Positions 36,601 through 48,592 of a DNA stretch of 64,000 nt are shown piece by piece (positions within the stretch are counted from its first letter, which is position 1; each line of letters begins with the position of its first letter). The notes under the pieces were generated by a model that did not search any database, was not told the DNA's origin, and saw nothing but the letters and a program-made list of their open reading frames with translations. Where the stretch lies: positions 32,550,001 through 32,614,000 of the forward strand of contig NC_047017.1 of NCBI RefSeq assembly GCF_902652985.1, read 5' to 3'. This DNA is from Pecten maximus (lineage: Eukaryota). The translations under genes and the position numbers were made by a program.

Positions 36601-39600
36601 TCTCCAACCCTTGGGTGGATTAATGCAAAATATGGTGTGAAACATCATTGGGGGAGGGTGGTCATATTTTATATAAATGAGGCTGGTGTGAGCCCTGGGG
36701 CCAGAGTGACGGGCCCAAAAAAGGGAACTTTGATGAAATTTTGCTATAAAATCCTACTCCTCCTTAACCCTTTGGTGGATTTCAACCAGATATTGTGTGA
36801 AACATCATTGGGGGAGGGTGGTCATATTTTATATAAATGAGGCTGGTGTGGCCCCTGGGGCCAGAGGGGCGGGGCCCCAAAAGGGGAACTTTGATGAAAT
36901 TTTGCTATAAAATCCTACTCCTCCTTAACCCTTTGGTGGATTTCAACAAGATATGGTGTGAAACATCATTGGGGGAAGGTGGTCATATTTTATATAAATT
37001 AGGCTGGTGTGGCCCCTGGGGCCAGAAGGGCAGGGCCCCAAAAGGGGAACTTTGATGAAATTTTGCTTTAAAATACTACTCCTCCTAACCCCCATAGTGA
37101 ATTATTACCAAATTTGGTGTGAAACATCATTGGAGGAGGACAATCATATTTTATATAAATGAGGCTGGTTTGACCCCTAGGGCCAGAGGGGCGGGGCCCC
37201 AAAAGGGGAACTTTGGTGAATTTTTGCTATAAATCCTACTTCTCTCTAACCCTTGGGTGGATTAATACGAAATATGGTGTGAAACATCCTTTGGGAAGGG
37301 TGGTCATATTTTATATAAACGAGGCTAGACCCCTGGGGCCTGAGGGGCAGGGCCCCAAAAGGGGAACTTTGGTGAATATTTGCTGTTAAATCCTAATCCT
37401 CCCTAACCTTTTGGTGGATTACAACCTAATTTGATGTGAAACATAAGGTGACGGCAATCATATTTTTTAATGAGACAGGTTTGACCCCTGGGGAAAAAAA
37501 GATGGGGCAAAAGGAGCGCTTAGGTTAAACATTTCTTAAAAATGCAATTCCTCCTTAATGCCTTAATTGATTACAACCATATTTAGTATGAAACATCATT
37601 GTGGAAAGGCAATCCTAATTGATATAAATGAGTCTTGTCTGACCCATTGGGACAGAGGGGCATGCCCCAAAAATGGGAACTTGGCTAAAATTTTGCTTTA
37701 TGATGCTGCTCTTCCTGGACAAGCTAAATGGATAAAAACCAAATTTGATCTAAAACATAACTGGCTGCGATAAATAATTTATGGTAATAATGCTGGATTG
37801 AGGGGTGTGTCCCTGCTGTAAGTGTAAGTGTTTGTCAGATGACCGTTAAGGCCCATGGGCCTCTTGTTCCTTTTTTTTTCTTGATGAAAAACTCTTGATA
37901 GAGAAACATATTTCAGCTATTTGTTAATTTTTTATTACATGTACTTTTGATTAAATTGTTTTTGGCTTGGTTTCATTATAAGAATTTATTGTAGAGAAAT
38001 ACCAAAAAGGCCAGCAAAGAAAGAAGAGAGTGGTGATGGTGAACCGGCTGCTAAGAAAAGTAAATCTGAGGAACCAGAGACGGTTGTTGTGAAAAAGGTA
38101 AATTTTATCAAACAGTGCCACTGTATATCTAGTGGCTATCGGGGTACAGAAGCTTCTTGGGTACTGTCCCACAGACATAACAATGGGAGGTGTTTTTACT
38201 GTTGGGTAGTTTGATTTATCTTGTTGGATTCTACCTGTAGGCGTGAATTATTGAGATTTAGGGGAGACTATTAAGAATTCCGATTAAACAAAACATTTAT
38301 TTAATGGTTATAAGTTTCACTGTGAACTGCGTAAAACAAAATTCTGCTGATACATTGTAACTTTTTCCAACACTTTTTCTTTTGTTTGTGTTCAAAGGTG
38401 GTAATTTGCTGATTTTTTGAGAAATTAATAATCAGCAACAAATTCTGAAGTCATTTCCAACACTAGCATGTGAATTTATCACAGAGTAATCCATTGTAAG
38501 CTTACACTATCTTTCACTAAGCGGCACAAGGATATTTGGAACCTGCATGCAATGAGCTTACTACTACCTATATAGAAATGTATGTAGACAGCCGAGGAGA
38601 GTTTTCCACCATACTGACAGGGTACAAGTAGAATTTATCTTCCTCTGTTTTATTCTGTTCAGTGTTCATCCTTTGTGCGACTGAATTGTGCTTTAGATGT
38701 GGATTGGAGTACACCTGAAGCAGCTAGGAAACTCAACAGGACTCCTAATACATATTTTATCACTAAAGGTGAGTAGTTAATTCACTATATACATGTACCA
38801 CCTCCATGCCTCCTGCCCTTTGTTATCTCCACCCTTCTCGTTCACTGTACTTACTGGTACCCATTCTCTTAGTCCATTCCTCCCTGTCCTTTCCATCTCA
38901 TTGCCCTGCTACAACTGCCTATATGTTAATCCCCACCTCTCCCTGCCATTTTACTTACCCATTCTGTTAACTCCTCCTCCATGCCTACAACTCTCCATAT
39001 TGTATCCATTTCTTCCTGTTCTTCACCTCTCCCTGCCCTGCTGCCTCTCCTGTCTTCACTCTTCCTTGTTATTCCCATCTCTTCTGTATTCTAACCCCAA
39101 CCATAGACCCACTACCATCATGCAACCTCTCCCTGTCCTCATCCTGTGTCCACCCTTCATACTCTCCTTACCCTGCCTGTCCTCATCCTGTGCCCACCCT
39201 TCATACTCTCCTTTCCCTGCCTGTCCTCATCCTGTGTCCACCCTTCATACTGTCCTTACCCTGCCTGTCCTCATCCTGTGTCCACCCTTCATACTCTCCT
39301 TTCCCTGCCTGTCCTCATCCTGTGCCCACCCTTCATACTCTTCTTTCCCTGCCTGTCCTCATCCTGTGTCCACCCTTCATACTGTCCTTAATCTGCCTGT
39401 CATCATCCTGTGTCCACCCTTCATACTCTCCTTTCCCTGCCTGTCCTCATCCTGTGTCCACCCTTCATACTCTCCTTTCCCTGCCTGTCCTCATCCTGTG
39501 TCTGTACTTCATACTGTCCTTACCCTGCCTGTCCTCATCCTGTGTCCACCCTTCATACTGTCCTTACCCTGCCTGTCCTCATCCTGTGTCTGTACTTCAT

Positions 39601-42600
39601 ACTCTCCTTACCCTGCCTGTCCTCATCCTGTGTCCACCCTTCATAATCTCCTTTCCCTGCCTGTCCTCATCCTGTGTCTGTACTTCATACTGTCCTTACC
39701 CTGCCTGTCCTCATCCTGTGTCCACCCTTCATACTGTCCTTACCCTGCCTGTCCTCATTCTTCACCCACCCTTCATACTGTCCTTACCCTGCCTGTCCTC
39801 ATCCTGTGTCCACCCTTCATAATCTCCTTTCCCTGCCTGTCCTCATCCTGTGTCTGTACTTCACACTGGTCCTGTCTCCTCCGTGCCTACCCCCACACTC
39901 TTCCTGCCCCTCCTTGTCCTTATTTTGTGCCCAACCCCACACTGTCCCTGTTCCTCCCTGTTCTGTACCAATTAGTGGTGTTTCAATTAATCAAGTTCAT
40001 AGAGTATCACTTATTTCACATGTTTGACCAATTAATCAAGTTTGATCAGAAATGCCTAACAACATCATAAATGGAAGAGTATTTAAGCTGATTGGTATAA
40101 CACATGAGAAAAACTTGTCACAATCCATCGCTTGATTGTGGATGTCACTTATATAAAATACAACCATCTAGATGATTGGAACAGCACTTTGTTACTGATT
40201 TAAAAATGCAATTTTAAAACATATTTTGATCATGCTTCATATAATGGTCTTTAGTGAAATATGAGAGTACCTTCATCAAGTTGGAGTTTTCAGGTTGCGA
40301 AGATCAACGACAAGGTTACTGTTAATATTTATAAAATATCTTTCTCACAATGTATAGCAACTTCATTTTTAAACAGATTTTGATCATATTTCATATGATA
40401 GTCAAGTATGAAATCATTTCAAATGAGTTGGCCTCAGGTCTTGTCTGTTGCAAATAACTCAGTAGGTTCACAAGATGGGATTAATCACTTGCATTGCCTT
40501 GTTAACTTTGGGTGGTCATCATTTAAGGTTAAAGGTCAAAGGTCACATGTAACGGTCCACCTGAGAATGAAGAAAGTTTGTGTACAAGATACCTCAAGAG
40601 CCCATCAATCAATATAGTTTACCAGTAACAGATTCACAATATTTTAAAATGATGTACTGTATATGTTGTATTATACACATACATGTATGGTAATTTATGT
40701 AACACTCAGTTTATCCTCGGGTTTTGTGTGGCCATTTCTGTCAGTAATCTAGTTCATTTTTACTTTCATTTTAAGGAAATTTGTTACATTATATTCTGTT
40801 TTTAGTTTTCTTCAGTTTCATGGAGAAATTTGGAAGAAGACCTGCCGTAAAGACTCATGATCATGATATAGAACAACTAACAGCTTTAAGGTCTGAAGTA
40901 TTGGAAAGTCTGAAAGTCGGAGCAAAAGCAGTACCCGAGGACTTCTCCAGGTAAATATACCTGTACATGTATGACAGGTAGATAAAACTAAAGATAGGAA
41001 AGAACCAACTCTCCAATCATTTCAAAAAGTGGAAGTCTTTTCTAGGATGGATACCTAACAGTATTCAGTAGAGATCCTTGTATGTGATGAACATAATACG
41101 TAGGTAGATACGTATAAAGTACATTGATGAGATGGAGAAGTTTACTTAAATGTTGTTACTTCATAATGAATAATGCATATTTCCATACTTGGAAGATATA
41201 TACAAATGTATTCCTGTAAAAAAATCATGATTGAGACAATATGCCATGAGACAATTTTCCATAAACAATTACATAATTGTATTTTCAGTATATATTACAT
41301 ATTTTCTGTACCTAGAGACAATTTCCAACTCATAGGCTGGCTAAATCATTCCTTAATGGATACAAACTGGTATAGGAACAGTGATGAAAGGAGTTCAGAT
41401 AAGATCATGTTCCAGAGAGTAAATGTCAAGGTCACCAATACTATAACAGAAATCTGTCTAACAATGGCTATTTTTTTGTGATAGAGTGGGAATAATAGAA
41501 TCTTACATCAGCCTCATGCTTGCCAGCCAAAATTCTTACATGAGGGTTTGCGTATTCCTGTCCACGATATAAGCCCATGTTAGATTATTTTTCTCACATA
41601 TTTAAAAAAAAAAGTAACAAATTGTAAGGTTTTGCAAAGCCTTTTGATTGTGCCATCATCAATGTCCCATGAAATATGCATTGAAACTGATGATGTTATC
41701 ACTATGAAACATGGTTTCACTACATACAGTGATGATGTTACGCTACTATGAGTGGTATCATAGCACTTGCCAGCTGTCTTTCTCTATCTTATGTGAGATT
41801 GATTTATTCCATACCTAGCGACCTACAATGTCACCCTTTGAAGTCTGTCAGAAATTGGTGTCATTAATTATGTGAGAAATTGGTGTCATTAATAATGTGA
41901 GAAATTGGTGTCTTTAATTATGTGAGAAATTGGTGTCATTAATTATGTGAGAAATTGGTGTCTTTAATTATGTGAGAAATTGGTGTCTTTAATTATGTGA
42001 GAAATTGGTGTCTTTAATTATGTGAGAAATTGGTGTCATTAATTATGTGAGAAATTGGTGTAATTAATTATGTGAGAAATTGGTGTCTTTAATTATGTGA
42101 GAAATTGGTGTCTTTAATTATGTGAGAAATTGGTGTCATTAATTATGTGAGAAATTGGTGTCATTAATTACAGACATAGTTGATACATATGTTGATGTTG
42201 ATTTGCTGACAGTCACTGTTTCTCTGAGCTGAGTCCTGTCTGTGCTGTAGTAGGAGGAATCCTGGGACAGGAAATCATCAAGGTATCCCACTTTATAGTG
42301 ATATAGATACTGATACTATATCTATTACATGCTATCTCACTTTAATCTGATATTATATCTATTACATGCTATCCCACTTTAATCTGATATTATATCTATT
42401 ACATGCTATCCCACTTTAATCTGATACTATATCTATTACATGCTATCCCACTTTAATCTGATATTATATCTATTACATGCTATCCCACTTTAATCTGATA
42501 TTATATCTATTACATCCTATCCCACTTTAATCTGATACTATATTTATTACATGCTATCCCACTTTAATCTGATATTATATCTATTACATGCTATCCCACT

Positions 42601-43172
42601 TTAATCTGATACTATATCTATTACATGCTATCCCACTTTAATCTGATACTATATCTATTACATGCTATCCCACTTTAATCTGATACTATATCTATTACAT
42701 GCTATCCCACTTTAATCTGATATATCTATCACATGCTATCCCACTTTAATCTGATATATCTATTACATGCTATCCCACTTTAATCTGATATATCTATTAC
42801 ATCCTATCCCACATTAATCTGATATTATATCTATTACATGCTATCCCACTTTAATCTGATATATCTATTACATGCTATCCCACTTTAAATTAGAGACAGT
42901 GTCTCTACTCTTTATACATCATATGTTAATCTGACACAATATCTCCTTATATCTACTGACTATTGAAATATCTGCAAACTATTGAAATGTTTAAATGGAA
43001 GTTAAGTTAAAATACTTAATTTTAGATGTAAATGCCTGCATGATTTATTCCTGGTATTGTCTGTCCACTATTTCAGGCTGTTTCACACAAGGATAAACCC
43101 CACAACAACTTCTTTTTCTACGACGGTGTAGAAGGCAGTGGCCTGGTGGACAACATTGGAGCAAGCTCTTGA
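21614..43172 (+). CDS. SAE1: SUMO-activating enzyme subunit 1 (Aos1), 9 coding exons, 344 aa
   Basis: Exons 21614-21699, 28359-28470, 31617-31676, 33173-33429, 37995-38097, 38663-38768, 40806-40950, 42213-42282, 43077-43172. GT-AG, total 1035 nt. Motifs [74 protein letters not shown]-like [40 protein letters not shown]. Confidence 0.96.
21975..23075 (+). mobile_element. CR1-type LINE 3' end fragment, split by a solo LTR
   Basis: Removing 22132-22905 restores the frame [42 protein letters not shown], typical of a CR1 ORF2 C-terminus. Confidence 0.75.
22132..22901. mobile_element. Solo LTR (770 bp, Gypsy-like)
   Basis: Starts TGTA and ends TACA; 4-bp target duplication CAAG (22128-22131 / 22902-22905); cleanly interrupts the LINE reading frame. 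Confidence 0.82.
23946..26264 (+). mobile_element. Non-autonomous Helentron/HINE (DINE-1/pearl-like) element with ~13 internal ~157-bp repeats
   Basis: T-rich insertion site; 5' palindrome agctcacctggacc-gaa-ggtccggtgagct; (cgtccgt)n microsatellite; central satellite; 3' sub-TIR caggtgagc and hairpin ggccccatgggcc-tcttgttt. Confidence 0.88.
26410..27119. mobile_element. TIR-bounded insertion (710 bp) inside an older HINE-like repeat
   Basis: Imperfect TIRs cagacctgtgtat / atacccaggtgtg (11/13); taaatcc appears on both flanks; the host ~160-bp repeat resumes at 27120. Confidence 0.55.
28498..28800 (+). mobile_element. Decayed HINE-type element
   Basis: ttttagcccctcttgttcaaaggaccagtgagtttatgtc resembles the 5' end at 23946, followed by one degenerate G-rich unit. 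Confidence 0.5.
29872..31122. repeat. 42-bp minisatellite (~29 copies) in SAE1 intron 2
   Basis: Unit aactactcaacagtgaatatgctgtgtaaacctgtgtacatc. Confidence 0.97.
31716..32687. repeat. 57-bp minisatellite (~17 copies) in SAE1 intron 3
   Basis: Unit ggtcagccaatactacagtcaggattctgtgacagtctgtaacatacagaaagggtt. Confidence 0.97.
32720..33073. repeat. 31-bp minisatellite (~12 copies) in SAE1 intron 3
   Basis: Unit catcatagacagtcatacaaacgtgtgtata. Confidence 0.95.
34050..35160. mobile_element. Penelope-like retroelement remnant with an internal inversion
   Basis: ~100-bp inverted repeat (34146-34243 vs 34499-34600); frameshifted LG..ASPYGYN resembling a GIY-YIG C-terminus; minimal hammerhead at ~35030. 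Confidence 0.5.
35028..35070 (+). ncRNA. Minimal type I hammerhead ribozyme motif (Penelope type)
   Basis: ttgtt-CTGATGA-t-GGCTA-cccta-TAGCC-GAAA-CATGTC-aaaac: intact core, 5-bp stem II, palindromic ACATGT stem III, GUC cleavage triplet. Stem I is weak. Confidence 0.65.
35206..37868 (+). mobile_element. Second Helentron/HINE-type element with ~15 internal ~160-bp repeats (SAE1 intron 4)
   Basis: 5' palindrome aggtcatctgaccc-aaa-gggtcaggatgacct; cgtc microsatellite; central satellite; 3' tcagatgacc and aggcccatgggcct-cttgtt. Confidence 0.88.
39130..39860. repeat. 44-bp pyrimidine-rich minisatellite (~17 copies) in SAE1 intron 6
   Basis: Unit ccctgcctgtcctcatcctgtgtccacccttcatactgtcctta, within a CT-rich tract spanning 38795-39970. 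Confidence 0.95.
41850..42170. repeat. 25-bp minisatellite (~13 copies) just upstream of SAE1 exon 8
   Basis: Unit gaaattggtgtcattaattatgtga. Confidence 0.96.
42284..42888. repeat. 37-bp minisatellite (~16 copies) starting at the SAE1 exon-8 donor
   Basis: Unit tatcccactttaatctgatattatatctattacatgc; the first copy overlaps AAG|GTATCCCACTTT. Confidence 0.96.
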
Positions 43173-43846
43173 TGTCAAACTTTGTGAATGACTATTTTGT
43201 AGCTCATGAAAAACAATTTTATTAAAATCTGTATCTGTATACAATGTATGGATATGTTGGAGAAGTATTTAATCATCAGAGGACAACATTCATTAACATG
43301 TGAATATTGTAGTTTGGGACAGCCATTAGTTTGTGGTATAAACATAGTGAAGTGTAAAGTGGGGGAGGGCGTGGTAAGGCATTTTACTATGTTCAGAAAA
43401 GAAATTGTTTTGCCATGGGAACTGACAGAATGAAATATCTTCAGATGAAATTCAAATACTACAACAGTGTTGTGCAATATACCAGAAATTCAGTGCTGAT
43501 GTATTAAAACAATATTTTGATAATACACTTGTGTTGTATTTACTATACAAGAATTATCTATAGGAAACTATGGTCATTGTGTACATATAATCAACTTGTG
43601 TGTAGGTTACAGCCACTAATGGCTAATTTCCGTTGTGTATACTCCTTTTAAAAGGATGCATTGCTCTTTAGTGTGAATGTTCATACTTGATTGTATATGA
43701 TATTGTACATCTTTTTTAGAGAATCTAGATGTAAAGGTCACATTCAGAAAGTAACACTTAGATGTGTCCTTATCATAAACTGTAGTATGAAAATACTCCT
43801 CCATTGATCTGCATGCTTTTGAGGTGACAAATTACTTCACAGTAGG

Positions 43847-45950
43847 TATGCCTCTATCCACCAATCAATCGTTAGTATGCCCTCTATCCACCAATCAATC
43901 GTAGTTATGCCCTCTATCCACCAATCAATCGTAAATATGCCCTCTATCCACCAATCAATCGTAGATATGCCCTCTATCCACCAATCAATCGTAAATATGC
44001 CCTCTATCCACCAATCAATCGTAAATATGCCCTCTATCCACCAATCAATCATAGATATGCCCTCTATCCACCAATCAATCGTTAGTATGTCCTCTATTCA
44101 CCAATCAATCGTAAATATGCCCTCTATTCCCCCAATCAATCGTAGATACGCCCTCTATCCACCAATCAATCGTAGATACGCCCTCTATTCACCAATCAAT
44201 CGTAAATATGCCCTCTATTCCCCAATCAATCGTTAGTATGTCCTCTATTCACCAATCAATCGTAGATATGCCCTCTATTCACCAATCAATCGTAAATATG
44301 CCCTCTATTCCCCAATCAATCGTTAGTATGTCCTCTATTCACCAATCAATCGTAAATATGCCCTCTATCCATCAATCAATCGTTAGTATGCCCTCTATCC
44401 ACCAATCAATCGTAGATATGCCCTCTATTCACCAATCAATCGTAAATATGCCCTCTATTCCCCAATCAATCGTAAGTATGACCTCTATCCATCAATCAAT
44501 CCTAAGTATGACCTCTATTCACCAATCAATCGTAAATATGCCCTCTATCCACCAATCAATCATAGATATGCCCTCTATCAACCAATCAATTGTAGTTTCT
44601 CCCACAATCTACCGATCAATCGTAAGTATGACCACTATTCACCAATCAATCCTAAGTATGACCTCTATCCACTGATCAATCGTAAGTATGACCTCTATCC
44701 ACTAATCAATGGTAAGTATGACCTCTATCCACTAATCAATCATAAGTATGACCTCTATCCACTAATCAATCGTAAGTATGATCTCTATCCACCAATCAAT
44801 CGTAAGTATGACCTCTATCCACCAATCAATCGTAAGTATGACCTCTATCCACCAATCAATCGTAAGTATGATCTCTATCCACTAATCAATCGTAAGTATG
44901 GCCACTATTCACCAATCAATCGTAAGTATGATCTCTATTCACCAATCAATCGTAAGTATGATCTCTATTCACCAATCAATCGTAAGTATGATCTCTATTC
45001 ACCGATCAATCGTAAGTATGATCTCTATCTACTAATCAATCGTAAGTATGATCTCTATCCACCAATCAATCGTAAGTATGATCTCTATCCACTAATCAAT
45101 CGTAAGTATGATCTCTATCCACCAATCAATCGTAAGTATGACCTCTATCCACTAATCAATCCTAAGTATGATCTCTATCCACTAATCAATCGTAAGTATG
45201 ATCTCTATCCACCAATCAATCGTAAGTATGATCTCTATCCACTAATCAATCGTAAGTATGACCTCTATCCACTAATCAATCCTAAGTATGACCTCTATCT
45301 ACTAATCAATCGTAAGTATGACCTCTATCCACTGATCAATCGTAAGTATGCCCTCTATCCACCAATCAATCGTAAGTATGATCTCTATCCACTAATCAAT
45401 CGTAAGTATGACCTCTATCCACTAATCAATCGTAAGTATGACCTCTATCCACTGATCAATCGTAAGTATGACCTCTATCTACTAATCAATCGTAAGTATG
45501 ATCTCTATCCACTAATCAATCGTAAGTATGACCTCTATCCACTAATCAATCGTAAGTATGATCTCTATCCACCAATCAATCGTAAGTATGACCTCTATCC
45601 ACTAATCAATCGTAAGTATGATCTCTATCCACTAATCAATCGTAAGTATGGCCACTATTCACCAATCAATCGTAAGTATGATCTCTATTCACCAATCAAT
45701 CGTAAGTATGATCTCTATTCACCAATCAATCGTAAGTATGATCTCTATTCACCGATCAATCGTAAGTATGATCTCTATCTACTAATCAATCGTAAGTATG
45801 ATCTCTATCTACTAATCAATCGTAAGTATGATCTCTATCTACTAATCAATCCTAAGTATGACCTCTATCCACTAATCAATCGTAAGTATGACCTCTATCC
45901 ACTAATCAATCGTAAGTATGCCCTCAATCAACCAAACGATAGTAAGTATG
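43847..45950. repeat. 30-bp minisatellite (~70 copies) between the convergent SAE1 and claudin-like genes
   Basis: Unit accaatcaatcgtaagtatgacctctatcc, with two variant domains switching near 44470-44600. Confidence 0.97.
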
Positions 45951-46670
45951 GTTTCGCCTCTCCTCATTCCATCAATACTCGAAGGCAAAGTGGGGTTTGG
46001 ATAAAGTGATGTTGGGCTGGGATGACGTTCGGAATAACCAAATGTTTCGTCCAACGGACGGCAAACGGTGATTTCCGTGCCTAAGATTCCGTCTGCAGAT
46101 ATGCGCGTGAAATCGGCTGGCTTGTACCCTGTATATGTAAATGCCAACCAAGAATTACATGTTCCCTGAAAGAACAACAAACCCATGGAAGATGTATCTG
46201 AAACTAATATTTACTTTTAATTTGTTTACACATCCGTAAGTTGGTGTCGGACAGTATGTGAAAATCACATGGCTTATAAAGGAACAGCAATTCAATACAG
46301 AATCCTTTAATTAGGTAAACACTACCCTTGATAATTTAACATAGTCCAAGATATAGATTTCGCAATATTAGAAGCACTTGACAATGTATCTGCTAAAGGA
46401 AAGAAAAAACAAATATTGTAAATAGGAGTAAGAAGAGGACTATCAATACTCTATCTGGTCCTACATGTTATAAATGCTCTATATGGTCCTACATTTTATC
46501 AATGCTCTATCCGGTCCTATGTTTTATCAATGTTTCTATTTAGGGCATGTAAAGTTTGCCAATGGAAGCCTGAAAATATGCAGTGGAGAATAATTCAAAC
46601 GAGAAACAGCTCTAAAGAGAAACACGTTGCTTATGTTAAGCTATTGAATACCATGGTCCTGGCTATGGTA

Positions 46671-48592
46671 TTACCGAACCGTCACGGTGGTGGTGACGGT
46701 TCTTGTTGTGCGCGTGGTGGCAGAACCACCTGTCACCATGGTAACGCCACGTATGCGGTATATGATTAGTAAGATTCCGGCTATAAAGGCGAAGATGGCA
46801 CCGATAATGCAGAGAGCAAAGGACCAATGGAGATTGCTTCTCTCCGAGGCGTAGATTATAGCACCCAGCACAATGAACGCCACTGTAAACAGAAAACACG
46901 AATATGTTAGGAAATAACATTCTTCTGTATAACCGTCAATGCTTATACATCACTAGACGATGGTTAAATAATGACCAGGAAGAGAAGGAAGGTCATTAAG
47001 GGACTAATTTATACGCCGTATAAAACGCTATTCTGCTGAAGGTATGCCTATAGCTGCATGAATACAAATGACCAGAAGAATAGCGAAATTATGAGGAAGC
47101 GTTAGGGCATAATCCTTTACATTTATTGGTATTTACATTTCACACCTGGTTTGTCGCTAACACTTACCCAGGATAAAGGTACAGATGACACTGGCGAGCT
47201 GGAGATTGGTCCTAAGCGTACTCAGGTAGATGAACAGTAACACAACGATGGCAATAAACATAAGAAAGGCCAGTACCTCGAAGGCCCGGACAGCGCTGAT
47301 GGCAGTGTTGGCTGTAACATCAAGGTAAAGTGATGATGACAGAAAACACACAGAATAATGAAAGCAGATTAGGACATTGTTTTGACATCCACAATATACA
47401 TGTATGAGCCAATCACATTTTATCCAGCATGCTTCTGGCCAAATATTATGACCTTGTGCCTCCTAATAAGAAGTTGCTTCGGGGGGGGGGGGGGGGGGGG
47501 GGGGGATGAACCAATTGACATTAGTGGGTCAAGGTCGTTTTACAAAATTCATACCCCTTGAATCCCGACATGCTACTGTCATACTAGCAACTAGCATTAC
47601 CTTGGGACTCCTAGATATTTATAAGTAGTCATTTGAAGATATTATTCCATTTGAGCTGTAATTGTGACCTTTAAAGAAGTTCAATCGATTAAACATTTTA
47701 CCATAGTTGACCTCTTGACATTGAGGCTACTAGTAGGTTTTAGTCTTCCATTTGAACAAACTGAATATATATAGTCGTTAATCTCAGCAGGTAACTAGAA
47801 CTACATCGTTATGGGTTGATTGAGTTTTACCCCCGTGACCTTGAATTACACCTTTTCACTCACTCTAGCCTTCCAGTTTCTTTTTTAAGTAAATTTAATA
47901 AAAAGTAAAATAAGTAATTCATTTTTAAGACAACTGGCCCATGTAACCTTAAAAGAGGGTCAAATCATTCGTTGAACAAACCTGATAGCACTTCTTGACA
48001 TGCTACTGGACGGACGCTACATCACGGTATAAGCTAACTTGTCTTGTTAAACTCTTAACTAAGACGTCATGTTACACAGATTGTGTGGTGCGAGTTGTAC
48101 AAGATTTTTTTCTATTCATTTTTATATCAAAACTCGCTTAATCGTAATCGTATCGATGTGAACTTGGCAAGTTTTCAGTTCATGTAAAATGCAAAAATTC
48201 AAAGAATTATGTCTGTTAGTTGTTTAGTTTTAATTTCCATTCTCTATTCTTTAAATACACAGAATACACTGTTTTCCACAGTATAGTATACACAATATAG
48301 TGGGTTTTTCATTGTGTCGCCAATCTACATGATTTTTGTCACATCCGGTTTGAAATTTAGTTGATATACCTGTGATCCAGGTGTTCATTCTTGGGAGTGA
48401 CATACCTGAATAGGAATTACATGTGTGTCCGAATCTTGTGTCACTGCAATATACCCAGATGCCGAAGTTCACGTTCCCGCCGAACGTATCGTACGCTGTC
48501 CAGTAGGGCGTGGTGAAGCCAATCAGGTGGAACACGAAGCCAACCACTAGGAACCCTAGGGCCAGTTTGATGTAGAAAGGTATCACCAGCAT
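46671..48592 (-). CDS. PMP22/EMP/MP20/claudin-family four-transmembrane protein, 3 exons, 192 aa
   Basis: Exons 48592-48370, 47311-47168, 46882-46671, total 579 nt. Four hydrophobic segments, TTPYW..NFGIWVYC..C first-loop signature, AVRAFE before TM2, HWSFAL before TM4, Thr-rich C-terminal tail. Confidence 0.88.
47481..47505 (+). repeat. Poly-G tract (~25 nt) in claudin-like intron 1
   Basis: Uninterrupted G run. Confidence 0.9.

Noticed and set aside
24246-37055. Repeated ORFs [12 protein letters not shown].. and [13 protein letters not shown]..
   Set aside because: Translations of HINE internal satellites; no Rep/helicase or transposase motifs.
38793-40070. 425-aa Cys/Pro/Leu-rich ORF, the longest in the track
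   Set aside because: Product of a stop-poor pyrimidine-rich 44-bp array in SAE1 intron 6; the overlapping frames are equally open.
41682-41720. ctgatga..gaaacatgg hammerhead-like string
   Set aside because: No stem II and no NUH cleavage triplet.
43837-44675. MPSIHQSIVN-repeat ORFs
   Set aside because: Frame-preserving 30-bp array; later units contain stops, and there is no gene structure.
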